IMG/VR virus record: IMGVR_UViG_3300050014_000310
Location: 32,001 to 96,000 of that record
Length of the DNA: 64,000 nt
Reading direction: 5' to 3' (one strand)
Source of the DNA: a virus
Part shown: positions 53,031 to 62,931 of the stretch, piece by piece
Numbering within the stretch: the stretch's first letter is position 1
Layout: every line of letters begins with the position of its first letter
Notes under the pieces: model-generated
What the model saw: the letters and a program-made list of their open reading frames with translations, nothing else
Databases searched by the model: none
Told to the model about the DNA's origin: nothing
Translations under genes and position numbers: made by a program

Positions 53031-54731
53031 TTACCCCTGCTTCATCATCAAAGTTAATTCGGCAAAATGTTGCTTTTCTTCGTTGAGAATTTCTTGCAAT
53101 TTTGCCTTATCCTTTTCTTCTATACTAGGAGACTGAAGAATTTGATCATAAAGATTGATAGCTTCAATTTCACCGTCTAAAGCCATTTGCAATAGTGCCA
53201 TTCTGGTCATCCCCTTAAAAACATCGTTGGAATCGGCCGCGCTGCCTTTTTTTTCGCCTAACATCTCTTTGCTTGATTGCTTCTCTTTTTCGTCCCCCAG
53301 CAGCCCCAGATCCGGCGTATCTTCCCCTGCGCCCCCAAAATCATCACTGGCCCGGGCAATATCCTTATCGCTTATACTTGTAAAGATATTTGTCGAGTAA
53401 CTTAATTCATGAAGTTCAGTCAAATAATGCTTCTGGCTTATCGCCCCGTCGTTCCAGGCCTTCGAGATCGACTCCACCTTTTTCGCAACCGTGTCCGATG
53501 CCTTATCCTCGGTAGGTGTCGAAACCGGATTAAACTTGATCCCCAGATCCTTCGGTATCTTCCCAAATTCGCTCATAAACAGCACCGGGTACAGTTTGTT
53601 CAGCTTCGGTCGCAGATCCTTATTCTGCTGCTGCCCGATCATGTCTGTGTACATTTGGATGTCGGACTCACCGGTGGCGTTCATGCCGGCCGGACTTCTC
53701 CCAAACAGCCGCGTCATTGGTATGTCGCAGGCCCCGGAAATATCCATCATCTGAGACTCGCTTATTTCTTCCAGCCCGGCAAAGGTGTAATTGATCGCCG
53801 AAATCGTCTCACCTTCGCCGACGATCATCATGCCATTATTCGACCTCATCTGGTTCTGAGCCGATTTAATATTATAAAAGTTTCTCTGCATCTCCGGATC
53901 AGAGGCTGCCTGCAACTGGTTGAATCCTTCAACCTGGTCAACCAGTAGATTGGCCTGGAACACTAGGGACGCGATATTCCAGGATGTGGAGTCTCTTTTC
54001 AGTAACTCCTCATAAACGTGCTCCATCACCGACGATCCCCAGTAGATCTCGGCCATCTCTTCCCAGAAGGGCAGTTTCTTGCCGGTAAACCGTAGGACCC
54101 TACTATGATGCACCTTGGAAATAATCGCCTCGGATACGGTGTCCCTGACCTCGTAGAACTCAGGCATCCCGAATTCAGGGTCCCGAATATCCTTGATCAG
54201 TTCCAGCCCCGGGTAAATGCCGGACCAGCGATCCACCACCATTAAGCCACAGAACGAGCCAGGCAGGATATCATCGTAATCTAACGGCTCATCGAGTTTA
54301 TCCTCGTGGCCGTCGATCATCATAATAGCGCCGGCGCCGCCATACAAACGGCCCCAGTAGAGTCCCTCGAGCAGCTTCTCTTTGACTAACGTGCGTTGCT
54401 CAAGCTTATTGATCCTGTCCGTCTCTTTGGGTTGGAGATCAGTGGTCAATGCCCAGCCGTTTTTCATCATGTCTTCGGGGACGGTGTTGACGATCTTATT
54501 GCAGATCCAGGAATTGCGATATAGAGAATTGAGGAGCTGGTAGTTGCGAGATAAGCGGGTTAACGGATAGGTGGCGGCAGAGATAATATTCTCTGACGCG
54601 CTGCCGAGACGAGCCAGGGAATTTTGGAAGGTGTCCATGACGGTGGAGCGAACCGGGCGGACGTTTCGCTGGGTAGTTAAATTTCCGGGACGCGAGTTGG
54701 GGCGATTGACGATACCTTTTTTGGTTGCCAT
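53031..54731 (-). CDS. Portal protein (DUF1073-like) with ferritin-like C-terminal extension
   Basis: LYRNSWICNKIV...WGRLYGGA...VHHSRVLRF...IPMTRLFGRSPAGMNATGESD; tail E..A..LY...EE..H. Confidence 0.88.
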   Translation of the reverse strand: MATKKGIVNRPNSRPGNLTTQRNVRPVRSTVMDTFQNSLARLGSASENIISAATYPLTRLSRNYQLLNSLYRNSWICNKIVNTVPEDMMKNGWALTTDLQPKETDRINKLEQRTLVKEKLLEGLYWGRLYGGAGAIMMIDGHEDKLDEPLDYDDILPGSFCGLMVVDRWSGIYPGLELIKDIRDPEFGMPEFYEVRDTVSEAIISKVHHSRVLRFTGKKLPFWEEMAEIYWGSSVMEHVYEELLKRDSTSWNIASLVFQANLLVDQVEGFNQLQAASDPEMQRNFYNIKSAQNQMRSNNGMMIVGEGETISAINYTFAGLEEISESQMMDISGACDIPMTRLFGRSPAGMNATGESDIQMYTDMIGQQQNKDLRPKLNKLYPVLFMSEFGKIPKDLGIKFNPVSTPTEDKASDTVAKKVESISKAWNDGAISQKHYLTELHELSYSTNIFTSISDKDIARASDDFGGAGEDTPDLGLLGDEKEKQSSKEMLGEKKGSAADSNDVFKGMTRMALLQMALDGEIEAINLYDQILQSPSIEEKDKAKLQEILNEEKQHFAELTLMMKQG

Positions 54732-54772
54732 GTTGGTTGATCGCCCCCTTTGGTGGAAATACGAATATAAAA

Positions 54773-56092
54773 TCAAGCTGCTCGTTTGACGATAGTTTTG
54801 ACGAAGTAACGAATATCATCGAGGCAATGGTCAAATGCCTTCACAACTTCTTCCGATCCTCGCTCAGAAGCCTTCTCGTTCCACACATAAGCTGCAAACT
54901 CTTTCTTCAGGTTAGGGCATTTATCGACGTTAATTAATAGCCGACCTTGCCGCAATAATGATGATACTAACCTGATTCCTTCTATTACTTCATGTTTTGC
55001 GTTGATCACATCGTCTGTTCCCCTAGCCCTCAGTAACTTCTTCCTTAATGCCACCTTGAACGATGCCGCCGAAGGGTCAACGATGAGAGAAGAATATCGC
55101 TTTAATGCTCCGTTTTCGTCTTGGATGAATTTATAAACATCCTCGACATATTCAGAGTCATCTTTCTGCTGATTATGCTGCTTTGAATCGTAGTAATATT
55201 CATCTTCAACGTAGTAATATTTGATATTGGTCAATAAATCAGTCTGCTCAATGATTTCATGCATAGCAAAGGGATTTGTAGTCCCATAATCCACACTGTA
55301 CCAACGCAGGTAATATAAATCATAATCAGGGCCACCTTGGCCGGTGTGATACTGATTCTTGGGAGCAAACATATCGTAGACAATACCTTCTGCGGCACTA
55401 CGCTTCCCCAGGATATCCCGAAGATACCAGACTGAGTTTTTTGCGTAAGTTATTAACGTTGTTCGTATCTTTTCAGCAGTGAATGACAGATTATCGAATA
55501 TCGTAAAATGTTCATAGTTCAGTCCATAGTTTGGATATTGATCGTTGTTTTTCTGATGCATATCCAAAATTTCAGGGTAGAACCAATGCTGCGGAGGCTT
55601 CGGGTTGAGATCAAAAAAAAGTTTCCGATCCGAAGACGAGAGTGTCCGGTCGAAAATTTCTTTAACAAAAGGCTTGGCGCAATCATTGACTTCTGTTGCG
55701 TAAACGGTCCCATAAGTGTTGCCATGAATCGATTTTTCGTCGCCGTCCTTGCCTCCGCCGGAGATAAGGATTATCTTCTCTCCGGTCTTTGTGGAGACAT
55801 AGAGGCAATCCCGGTTTTGATACTTACCTGGATGCGAACGCCCCTCAAACCAATTGGCAACGCCAAAGCCATTGCAGTCAATTATGTTAAGTTTTGCTGA
55901 TGCCACAGAGAAGCCAGATGCCAGGTGGAGTTTGTCAGGATGTGTCTCCAGACATTCGCACCATGCTATGATGTTCAGGACATTTTTTCCCGCTCTTTTT
56001 CCACCTTCTGCTATATTTAACCAACTTTTGTATGATCTCTTCAGGTAATTAACTTGTTTCTGGCAGAACGCAGCATATTCTGGCATGATCAA
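54773..56092 (-). CDS. terL: Terminase large subunit
   Basis: EGGKRAGKN Walker A; DLNP; VDYGTTNP; DPSAASF; DHCLDDIRY. Confidence 0.92.
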   Translation of the reverse strand: MIMPEYAAFCQKQVNYLKRSYKSWLNIAEGGKRAGKNVLNIIAWCECLETHPDKLHLASGFSVASAKLNIIDCNGFGVANWFEGRSHPGKYQNRDCLYVSTKTGEKIILISGGGKDGDEKSIHGNTYGTVYATEVNDCAKPFVKEIFDRTLSSSDRKLFFDLNPKPPQHWFYPEILDMHQKNNDQYPNYGLNYEHFTIFDNLSFTAEKIRTTLITYAKNSVWYLRDILGKRSAAEGIVYDMFAPKNQYHTGQGGPDYDLYYLRWYSVDYGTTNPFAMHEIIEQTDLLTNIKYYYVEDEYYYDSKQHNQQKDDSEYVEDVYKFIQDENGALKRYSSLIVDPSAASFKVALRKKLLRARGTDDVINAKHEVIEGIRLVSSLLRQGRLLINVDKCPNLKKEFAAYVWNEKASERGSEEVVKAFDHCLDDIRYFVKTIVKRAA

Positions 56093-57303
56093 TCATCGCC
56101 GTTCTTGTCTTCTTCTTCTTCCTCGAAATCCTCAATACACCGATCCGGCTCCGGATGATTGATCAACTGAGCCAGCGTCGTCACCCGCTCGTTGTGAGCC
56201 GTTTCAGCCGCACCACTGTCACCCAGAGACTTTTTCTTTTCGATCTCCAGGCGCTCACGCTCAATAGCCATCTCCTGTTTCATCTTCTCAATCTTCAGTT
56301 TCTGCTCGTCGTTGGCCATTGCGTCGTACCTGGCGATCAATCTATCCAGAGTGACCATCGCCCTTGACTGAGCCGCCATGAATGTGGCTTGCCTGTCCCA
56401 AGAGAACTGGAACTCCCATTCCTCTTCCCGGAATACTTCGACCAAGGGTTCGCTGCCAGAAATTTCAGGATTATATTTTGAGTTGCCCTCTTTCTCGACT
56501 TTAACCTTTTTTATCTCCTTGATCATCTCATCCCGGTCACGCACGTACATGATCTTCTGCGCCCGGGCAATCTGAGCGTACTGGATGACGATCTGATCCC
56601 AAACTATGTCGATCGGGCTCTTGGCGTCGATGGCCTCGATGATTTCTTTCAATTCCGGATCGTCAGGCATGATCTTGGTGTAGAAGCCGTGCCGCATAGG
56701 GTTCCTGTTCCCTATCTGCCCACCGCTTCCGGGAGCTCCGCCATGCATCCAGCAAGTATTCTTGCCGCGCTCTACCGGGTTCTTACAGGGCTCACCACCA
56801 CGACGGTGGCCAGCGCATATCTTGTCCGGGTCCGGATTGCTGAGAATCGTCCGGCGCTCTCTGCGGAGCAACCCGAACTCCTTCTGCTCCTCTTTAGTCA
56901 ACTCGTCATAGTCACTGCTCAGTTCAGCCAGGCGAGATTCTATTTGAATTAAATAGTTATCAAGCTTCTCCTGTGGCCAGCCGGCAAACTGCTGCTTCAA
57001 GGAATTCCAGATCTTAGTCGGTTTATCTGTTAACCGTTGCTTTTTCTCTGTCGATCCCTGTCGTTTCTTTTCCTGTTTCTTTTCCTCTACTGATCTCTGT
57101 TGTTTCTTTTCCTGTTGCTTGTCTGTTGCCGACAGTGCCTCACGCATCAACTTTGACCGGCTGCCATTAAGTCTGCGGAACTCGTCCCGGACCTGGTTGG
57201 AATTTAAATTCTTCTTCCGGGCAAACTCGGCAATGCTTTTATATCGTCCCTGGCAATATTCCAGGTAAAGGCTTCGCCAGTCGTGTGTCGCAGTGCGCCC
57301 CAT
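56089..57303 (-). CDS. terS: Terminase small subunit
   Basis: N-terminal HTH; C..HGG; GGQIGNRNPMRHGFY; IQYAQIARAQKIMYV; immediately upstream of terL. Confidence 0.8.
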   Translation of the reverse strand: MGRTATHDWRSLYLEYCQGRYKSIAEFARKKNLNSNQVRDEFRRLNGSRSKLMREALSATDKQQEKKQQRSVEEKKQEKKRQGSTEKKQRLTDKPTKIWNSLKQQFAGWPQEKLDNYLIQIESRLAELSSDYDELTKEEQKEFGLLRRERRTILSNPDPDKICAGHRRGGEPCKNPVERGKNTCWMHGGAPGSGGQIGNRNPMRHGFYTKIMPDDPELKEIIEAIDAKSPIDIVWDQIVIQYAQIARAQKIMYVRDRDEMIKEIKKVKVEKEGNSKYNPEISGSEPLVEVFREEEWEFQFSWDRQATFMAAQSRAMVTLDRLIARYDAMANDEQKLKIEKMKQEMAIERERLEIEKKKSLGDSGAAETAHNERVTTLAQLINHPEPDRCIEDFEEEEEDKNGDD

Positions 57304-57605
57304 CGCTCCTCAACTCCAGTTTTGCGGGTGAATCTCGGAAACAAAAAAGCCGCCCACGTTTTGGAGCGGCTCTCGCTATTTTATAGACTATCACTGATTT
57401 TTAATGCTGCGGTGTATCACAGTAAAATATCTTTATCATCGCAGATCTGGCTCATAGGACAAAGGCGATCTACCCCAGCGAGTGACTATAATTTTACCGC
57501 ACCTGGTACATTTCCACTTTTCATCACCAAGAAATTCTTCTCGTGGCCCGTCGATCCAATGATGCTTGCGCCAAGTGTGCGGGCAAAATAACTGTTTGAA
57601 CCGGT

Positions 57606-58145
57606 TCATAGCAGCCCCCTCTTTGAAGCCAAAATCACGGTATACTCCACAATCCTGGACCACCACTGGCTAAAAGTGAACCTTGATTCGACCCATGTTT
57701 GCTCCGGCTTCTTGCCAAGCTTCTCGGCGACCTGCCTAGCGTAATGATACTGCACATAAGCTACCCATCCCCTACGGCCGACATGGTGCCGACATTCTCG
57801 CCGCAGCATCAGAAAGATTCTCATTTTCCAGGGAATACGCTTTTCAATCTCCCGGACCAGCGCAATCCACTTTTCTACTTCCCCCAGATCGGCCAGGGCC
57901 GCCCCCCTGCTTCCTGTCGAATCACTGCTCGGTGTCGTTTTGATATATGGCATCTGCCAATGTCCCACCCCGGCCCTCTGTCCTTTGCCGATCACAGTTA
58001 TCCCCGCCGCGTTAATTGCCCCTGATGAGGCATCGATGATTTCCTCACGATGCTGCTGCATATCAACTTCCCGCTCATCCACCCATAATAGCCAACCTGA
58101 AGCGATACGATTGTCCCTCGACACCTCTTGCTCCAGTTCAACCAA
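57606..58145 (-). CDS. Probable late transcriptional activator (ArpU/RinA-like position)
   Basis: SDSTGSRGAALA...W...V.E.E..I pattern; last gene before the packaging module. Confidence 0.55.
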   Translation of the reverse strand: MVELEQEVSRDNRIASGWLLWVDEREVDMQQHREEIIDASSGAINAAGITVIGKGQRAGVGHWQMPYIKTTPSSDSTGSRGAALADLGEVEKWIALVREIEKRIPWKMRIFLMLRRECRHHVGRRGWVAYVQYHYARQVAEKLGKKPEQTWVESRFTFSQWWSRIVEYTVILASKRGLL

Positions 58146-58288
58146 CTTGCCACCCCCGGAAAATATGTTGTAATGTTATCTGCTTGGTTTATTGCTACAA
58201 AAAGAGAGTGTTTGTTGTGATATTTTCAGTTTTTGGTGCATTTTGCCTAGTTAAATTTCAGCAGACAACTTGGCTTCATCCTTCCCTG

Positions 58289-58654
58289 CTACTGCTGTTT
58301 TGCTGCATTTACCCTGATCTGTTCCTGCTTAATTTTCTGCTGTAATTGGGGATCTCCTATCTTAACCCAACCTTCTTCTTCAGATACCAATAGGGCCAAC
58401 GCCAACCTTTTTTCAAAAACAGCGTAGGCTTCATCTGTGCATCTGACAATTCCCAAGTGTTTACATAATCTATCAAATTGCTCTGTTGCTTTCTCCGTTT
58501 CTATCACAAAATGCATCCTGCTTGCATCCTGCATTCGTTTCTTGAAATACTCCTCTCGCCTAATTTGAGCCAACACCGGATCGCGCCATAATCGTAGTCG
58601 CAAGTTTTGTTCCCATACTGGAGCATTTGACGAATCCCATATCATATGTTTCAT
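58289..58654 (-). CDS. Hypothetical protein
   Basis: 121 aa; AAGGAG RBS. Confidence 0.6.
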   Translation of the reverse strand: MKHMIWDSSNAPVWEQNLRLRLWRDPVLAQIRREEYFKKRMQDASRMHFVIETEKATEQFDRLCKHLGIVRCTDEAYAVFEKRLALALLVSEEEGWVKIGDPQLQQKIKQEQIRVNAAKQQ

Positions 58655-58705
58655 CTCCTTTTTTATTGTTTTGCTGCGTTTACCTTGATCTGTTCCTGCT
58701 TAATT
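58296..58705. repeat. 39-bp direct repeat at the 3' ends of two adjacent genes
   Basis: 58296-58334 vs 58667-58705, 2 mismatches. Confidence 0.85.
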
Positions 58706-58965
58706 CGATTGTTCATGTCAACGATGATCCTAGCCGCTTCTACTTCTTTTGCGGTAAAACCGACCATAAGCAGTAATTGGTCAATCAAATCAAGCCTGTA
58801 ATTAATTTTGTCCATCGCCGTTTTGATGCCTGAGAGTATTTCAGGCAGGTTATCCTGGATCTGTTGTTTTAGTGCACGGCGCTGCTGGGCAGGATCGAAG
58901 TTGGGATTTAGTATTATTTGCGGCATTGGGGTTGCTCCTCTCTCTAATTCAACTTTCGATTTCAC
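58663..58965 (-). CDS. Hypothetical protein
   Basis: Shares C-terminal IKQEQI.VNAAKQ with the downstream gene. Confidence 0.6.
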   Translation of the reverse strand: MKSKVELERGATPMPQIILNPNFDPAQQRRALKQQIQDNLPEILSGIKTAMDKINYRLDLIDQLLLMVGFTAKEVEAARIIVDMNNRIKQEQIKVNAAKQ

Positions 58966-59167
58966 CTACATATGGTTTTGTAGTATCCTCAGACAATACT
59001 TGTACGTCGAGATTGTCCCAATAACAACTTGAATACTTGCCTTCTCGCCCTCGTTTCTCATATTTTTCTCTTGCCACTTCCAATGCTTTTTCTTTTGTCT
59101 CCACAATCACATATATTCGCAAATAGCTATCTGCCATAAAATCGTTAGTAACCTCAGCTAGTATCAT
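58949..59167 (-). CDS. Small hypothetical protein
   Basis: 72 aa ORF in operon. Confidence 0.6.
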   Translation of the reverse strand: MILAEVTNDFMADSYLRIYVIVETKEKALEVAREKYEKRGREGKYSSCYWDNLDVQVLSEDTTKPYVGEIES

Positions 59168-59195
59168 TTAGTTACGCCTCTCTACTTAGTCAAAA

Positions 59196-59498
59196 TTATA
59201 GGTCGTATCTCGCCCTACACTCAAACTTTACCAGTTCATCAACAAGTCTCTTATGATCCTCAGAATAATACTTGATCGCTTCAAGCAGAACTTCGATGGG
59301 ATCATGACCATTCAAAATAAGCTGCGTCATCTGATAGAAAGCCGAATCGTCGTTTGCCAGCGGCATTTTTGCAAGGAACTCTACCAGTAAGAGCCTTGTC
59401 TTAGCGTCCATTTCCGGCCAGGGGGTAAGTTCTTTGCAATGTTTCTGCATATTTGTTTCTAACTGTGCTCGGCAATAATCTGTTTCAAAATCAGGCAT
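59196..59498 (-). CDS. Hypothetical protein
   Basis: 100 aa; GAGGAG RBS. Confidence 0.6.
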   Translation of the reverse strand: MPDFETDYCRAQLETNMQKHCKELTPWPEMDAKTRLLLVEFLAKMPLANDDSAFYQMTQLILNGHDPIEVLLEAIKYYSEDHKRLVDELVKFECRARYDL

Positions 59499-59518
59499 TA
59501 TCGTTTGCTCCTCTCACC

Positions 59519-60121
59519 TTAATCTAGTGGATGCAGTTCCTGATACTTTTCAAACCATGGAGCCAGCAAATCGTGTTCCTTTAGTGAAATAACCGCGGGC
59601 GCTCCGAACATTCCCGCACTTCTCATCACGTTCATAGCTGCGCCCCTCACTTCACATGGAACATCATTTTCGTAAAGCATCCAAGCGCCAAAACCCATAA
59701 CATAGTGCTGGTATATAGACTGCAACATTCGCTCTTTTTGCTTTTCTGGGTTATTCCATTCGTCGTTAAAGTTTTTGATCATCTCGTCGAATTTCTCCGC
59801 GGTCAGCACATCTCCAGATTCACAGGTGCTCCAATTTGTACTTGTTGCATTGGAAGATTGGCCGCGTATAGCTTCGTAGATCTCTTTATCTAGTTTGTCG
59901 CTTGCTACTTTCTTTAATTGATAATTTTCCAAATTTCCTCTAAAATAACAACAAATCCGCTCCGTTCTGTAGTCCATTAAGCATTCGCAGACTTGTTCTG
60001 GATTAATTCCTTTCGACAACAATTTGTCTTTAATGAGCAATATCAGTTGTTCTTTACTTAGCCCACGGCCTGCTACTTGACTCATATAACCAGAAAACTC
60101 AATCGCTAGCATATTCTCCAA
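59519..60121 (-). CDS. Hypothetical protein
   Basis: 200 aa ORF in operon. Confidence 0.65.
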   Translation of the reverse strand: MENMLAIEFSGYMSQVAGRGLSKEQLILLIKDKLLSKGINPEQVCECLMDYRTERICCYFRGNLENYQLKKVASDKLDKEIYEAIRGQSSNATSTNWSTCESGDVLTAEKFDEMIKNFNDEWNNPEKQKERMLQSIYQHYVMGFGAWMLYENDVPCEVRGAAMNVMRSAGMFGAPAVISLKEHDLLAPWFEKYQELHPLD

Positions 60122-60135
60122 CTTACCACCACTCC

Positions 60136-60969
60136 CTATTTCAGATTTCCCCTAAATAACTCTGCATTCTTCTCCGCGTCGATAAACTTCCTGAACCGCC
60201 AATCCTCACGATAAAGCCTCAATAGAAACTTGGAATCATTCACGGTTGCCTCTGTTAACTTATTTAGCAGCGCACTTGCCTTAGCATCCGGCAATGCCGG
60301 TTTCCCTGCCTCTGTTATCATAGCTTCGTTGATCTGCTTTATCTCTTCCTGCATCAATTCCCTTGAGTATTGTTTGCCGATCTCATCAAGGAACTCGCCA
60401 GGAGTGAGGTTATATTTCTCATAGAACGACCTCTCTGCGGACGACATCCTGCCATCAGGAGTCGCTATAATCTCGTCCATTGTCGGCTTCGAAATAACTT
60501 TCTCCCAGATAACTTTCGGCTCAACAACATCAAAATCACTCGAAGAATACACCCTTAATTGCCCCCAAATAGCAATGGTTACATTTTCTCCATTGACTTC
60601 AACGACAGTTCCAACCCACTTTTCAGCTTTATGTCGAACATGCTGATTGACAGAAAAATTCACGATATTTTCTTTTTCTAGCTCTCTTTCTGCCTTCTCC
60701 AACTTTTCCATTTGCTTGAATATTGGAAACGCTTTCTCTATCGGACTCCGACCATAACCGATAGATACATCCCTTGTCTGATCTTTCAATTTCTCAATGA
60801 TTTCCGGATCAAAAATCTTGCACTCGAAGCTTGTAGGCTCACCACTCAGACTAATCGTAACTTTAATAACCTTACCCACAATGTTTCCTTTTTCATCATG
60901 AACGGGAGAACCGACAGCGGATATTGGGATTTGCACAGTTAGATTATCACCTTTCATAATTTCACTCAT
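60136..60969 (-). CDS. Mosaic hypothetical protein (KOW/SH3-like middle segment)
   Basis: 277 aa; FSVNQHVRHK...GTVVEV; coupled to the upstream gene. Confidence 0.65.
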   Translation of the reverse strand: MSEIMKGDNLTVQIPISAVGSPVHDEKGNIVGKVIKVTISLSGEPTSFECKIFDPEIIEKLKDQTRDVSIGYGRSPIEKAFPIFKQMEKLEKAERELEKENIVNFSVNQHVRHKAEKWVGTVVEVNGENVTIAIWGQLRVYSSSDFDVVEPKVIWEKVISKPTMDEIIATPDGRMSSAERSFYEKYNLTPGEFLDEIGKQYSRELMQEEIKQINEAMITEAGKPALPDAKASALLNKLTEATVNDSKFLLRLYREDWRFRKFIDAEKNAELFRGNLK

Positions 60970-61294
60970 TGGTGTCTCCTTTCTTCCTGTTAAAATTCAA
61001 TGGGCAATCAACATCATCCGGCCCAACATACTTTAAGTATTCACCATGTCCATCCAAGTTCTTAATTTCATAATCACGAGGATCGTAATCATCCCAATGA
61101 TAACCATCTTCCAAAAACAATTCCCTAACCCGCTGTTCATGCTCTGCTGTTTGCCGATAACACCATTTAGCGTAATCAATAGCCTTCTGGCAACCTATAA
61201 AACATTTTGGCTTGTTGCGCTCAAATTGAACATCTGGACAATCAATACAAGGATCGACGAGCATAACTTTCATGGTTGGTGTCTCCTTTCCCAT
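60962..61294 (-). CDS. Cys-containing hypothetical protein
   Basis: CIDC...C...C. Confidence 0.55.
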   Translation of the reverse strand: MGKETPTMKVMLVDPCIDCPDVQFERNKPKCFIGCQKAIDYAKWCYRQTAEHEQRVRELFLEDGYHWDDYDPRDYEIKNLDGHGEYLKYVGPDDVDCPLNFNRKKGDTNE

Positions 61295-61590
61295 TCGTCA
61301 ATCTCTGCCTGGTTAACTGCCTTGGGACATTCATCCTTGAGATACCGGATAGGCGGCGGATCGAGTGGCAGTGGCCCAATATGGCAGGTATCTCCCAGGT
61401 TCTCCATCGTGACTTCCCTTCCGCATGCCCGGCAGATCACTCTACGCTCCAGCGCTTTTTGCACTGCCTTTACAAACTCACCAGCAAGATATTCCTGCTG
61501 TGACGCATCGCGTGGCGCATCAGTCAACTTCGTCGGTTTCCGCCCCGGGCTGCCAATCGATCTGGCTGCCTTCTTCCCCCATGGCCACAT
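61270..61590 (-). CDS. Hypothetical protein
   Basis: CRAC...C; operon context. Confidence 0.55.
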   Translation of the reverse strand: MWPWGKKAARSIGSPGRKPTKLTDAPRDASQQEYLAGEFVKAVQKALERRVICRACGREVTMENLGDTCHIGPLPLDPPPIRYLKDECPKAVNQAEIDEWERRHQP

Positions 61591-61591
61591 A

Positions 61592-61816
61592 TCACGCCAT
61601 CCCCTTTTTCGCTTTCACGATTTCATTTGCCTTATCAATTTCCGATTTACCAATTCCGGTAGACATTCTTAAGCACTCAAAAAGAACGTCCATGTTGTAA
61701 TTACAGGAATCTATTTGCTGCTGCAATTTTTCAATAACCTTCGGCAGATCACCTTTGGCTGACTCCATGCTAGGGTTTAAGTCAAAATCTCTATCATAAA
61801 TAATATATCCTATCAC
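61592..61816 (-). CDS. Hypothetical protein
   Basis: 74 aa ORF in operon. Confidence 0.55.
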   Translation of the reverse strand: MIGYIIYDRDFDLNPSMESAKGDLPKVIEKLQQQIDSCNYNMDVLFECLRMSTGIGKSEIDKANEIVKAKKGMA

Positions 61817-61822
61817 CCAACT

Positions 61823-62095
61823 TTATTTTTCATATTGCGCAGACATAATTTTCGTATTGTGCATATAATCTTCTATTTTGAACCCCCTAAAATCAATCAT
61901 GATGCTTTTAAAACGATTGACAAATTCAATATTCTCTAACTCATCTAAAGTATCAAACTGCTTTATTGCATTTTCAGGCCCAGTAACCATGCTAGGAATA
62001 TGTTGATAAATACAATATTTTTTGTTGAATGCTTTTCCCCCACACACTCTATTATACTGTGGGCATTTCAAGCATAAACTACTGATTTCATTCAT
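61823..62095 (-). CDS. Cys-rich hypothetical protein
   Basis: CLKC...C...C; AAGGTGGT RBS. Confidence 0.55.
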   Translation of the reverse strand: MNEISSLCLKCPQYNRVCGGKAFNKKYCIYQHIPSMVTGPENAIKQFDTLDELENIEFVNRFKSIMIDFRGFKIEDYMHNTKIMSAQYEK

Positions 62096-62183
62096 TTACT
62101 ACCACCTTACCTTTCCTTGCCGATATTTCTCGAAAATATCCAACGTAAACCAAAATTAATTATAATCAACATAGTTACTGCAC

Positions 62184-62414
62184 CTAATCCAACCTATCGA
62201 CTACACTTTCCAGCTTCGGCAACGGCAAATACCCGTCCTCACAATACTGCGTGACCTCGTATCCATCCCAGGGAGAGAGAATCATCTTGCCATCGCCTCT
62301 TAACGGACCAAACCTGGTATGCTCCCTAACGGCCTCCTGCTCCTGATATTCAGATAGGGAAGCGACAATAGCACGGTCATCGGCTAGAAAAAGTATGAAC
62401 ATCTTGAGCACCAT
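62184..62414 (-). CDS. Hypothetical protein
   Basis: 76 aa ORF. Confidence 0.5.
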   Translation of the reverse strand: MVLKMFILFLADDRAIVASLSEYQEQEAVREHTRFGPLRGDGKMILSPWDGYEVTQYCEDGYLPLPKLESVVDRLD

Positions 62415-62571
62415 CCTTTTTTTTAATCTTCATATCCCCAAAACCCAAAATCTTTACTACCAAGCAGATTCACATCATTGTCCACCAATAAATATTCATG
62501 CCTCTTTTTTCACCCTGGAACCATTCCTATCCCCCCGGTAAGCCCACTGACACGTCAACATCCCCCAACTA

Positions 62572-62796
62572 TCAACCTACCCCCCGAATTTCAACACCTA
62601 TCCCCATTGCCGTATCATCCTCATCGGTAACTTTCTTCTCACACACAGGACATGTCCAACCTTCCTCCTCGTCAAACGTCCACCCCCGCTCATGGGCGAT
62701 CTTTTTGCAGGTAACCAGGTCGAAACATTGATACAGGTGCTCCCACTTATCGCAGACAGAGCAATGCATCGCATAATGAGTACGATCGTCGGGCAT
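62572..62796 (-). CDS. Small zinc-ribbon protein
   Basis: CSVC...GW......CPVC. Confidence 0.6.
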   Translation of the reverse strand: MPDDRTHYAMHCSVCDKWEHLYQCFDLVTCKKIAHERGWTFDEEEGWTCPVCEKKVTDEDDTAMGIGVEIRGVG

Positions 62797-62931
62797 CTAC
62801 GCCACCCCCTTCCGCGGCCGTCCCCGCTTCTTCTTCACCACCGCATCGATCACCACCGGCGGCCCATCTCCCACGAACGACACCCCGATATTCCCCTCTT
62901 CGCAATAATCCTGATTGACGTTTCCCCTTAC

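Noticed and set aside
53031-54731. Anti-CBASS (Acb1) function sometimes attached to DUF1073-like proteins
   Set aside because: Position after terL and the motifs indicate a portal; no paired HxT/S phosphoesterase motifs were evident.
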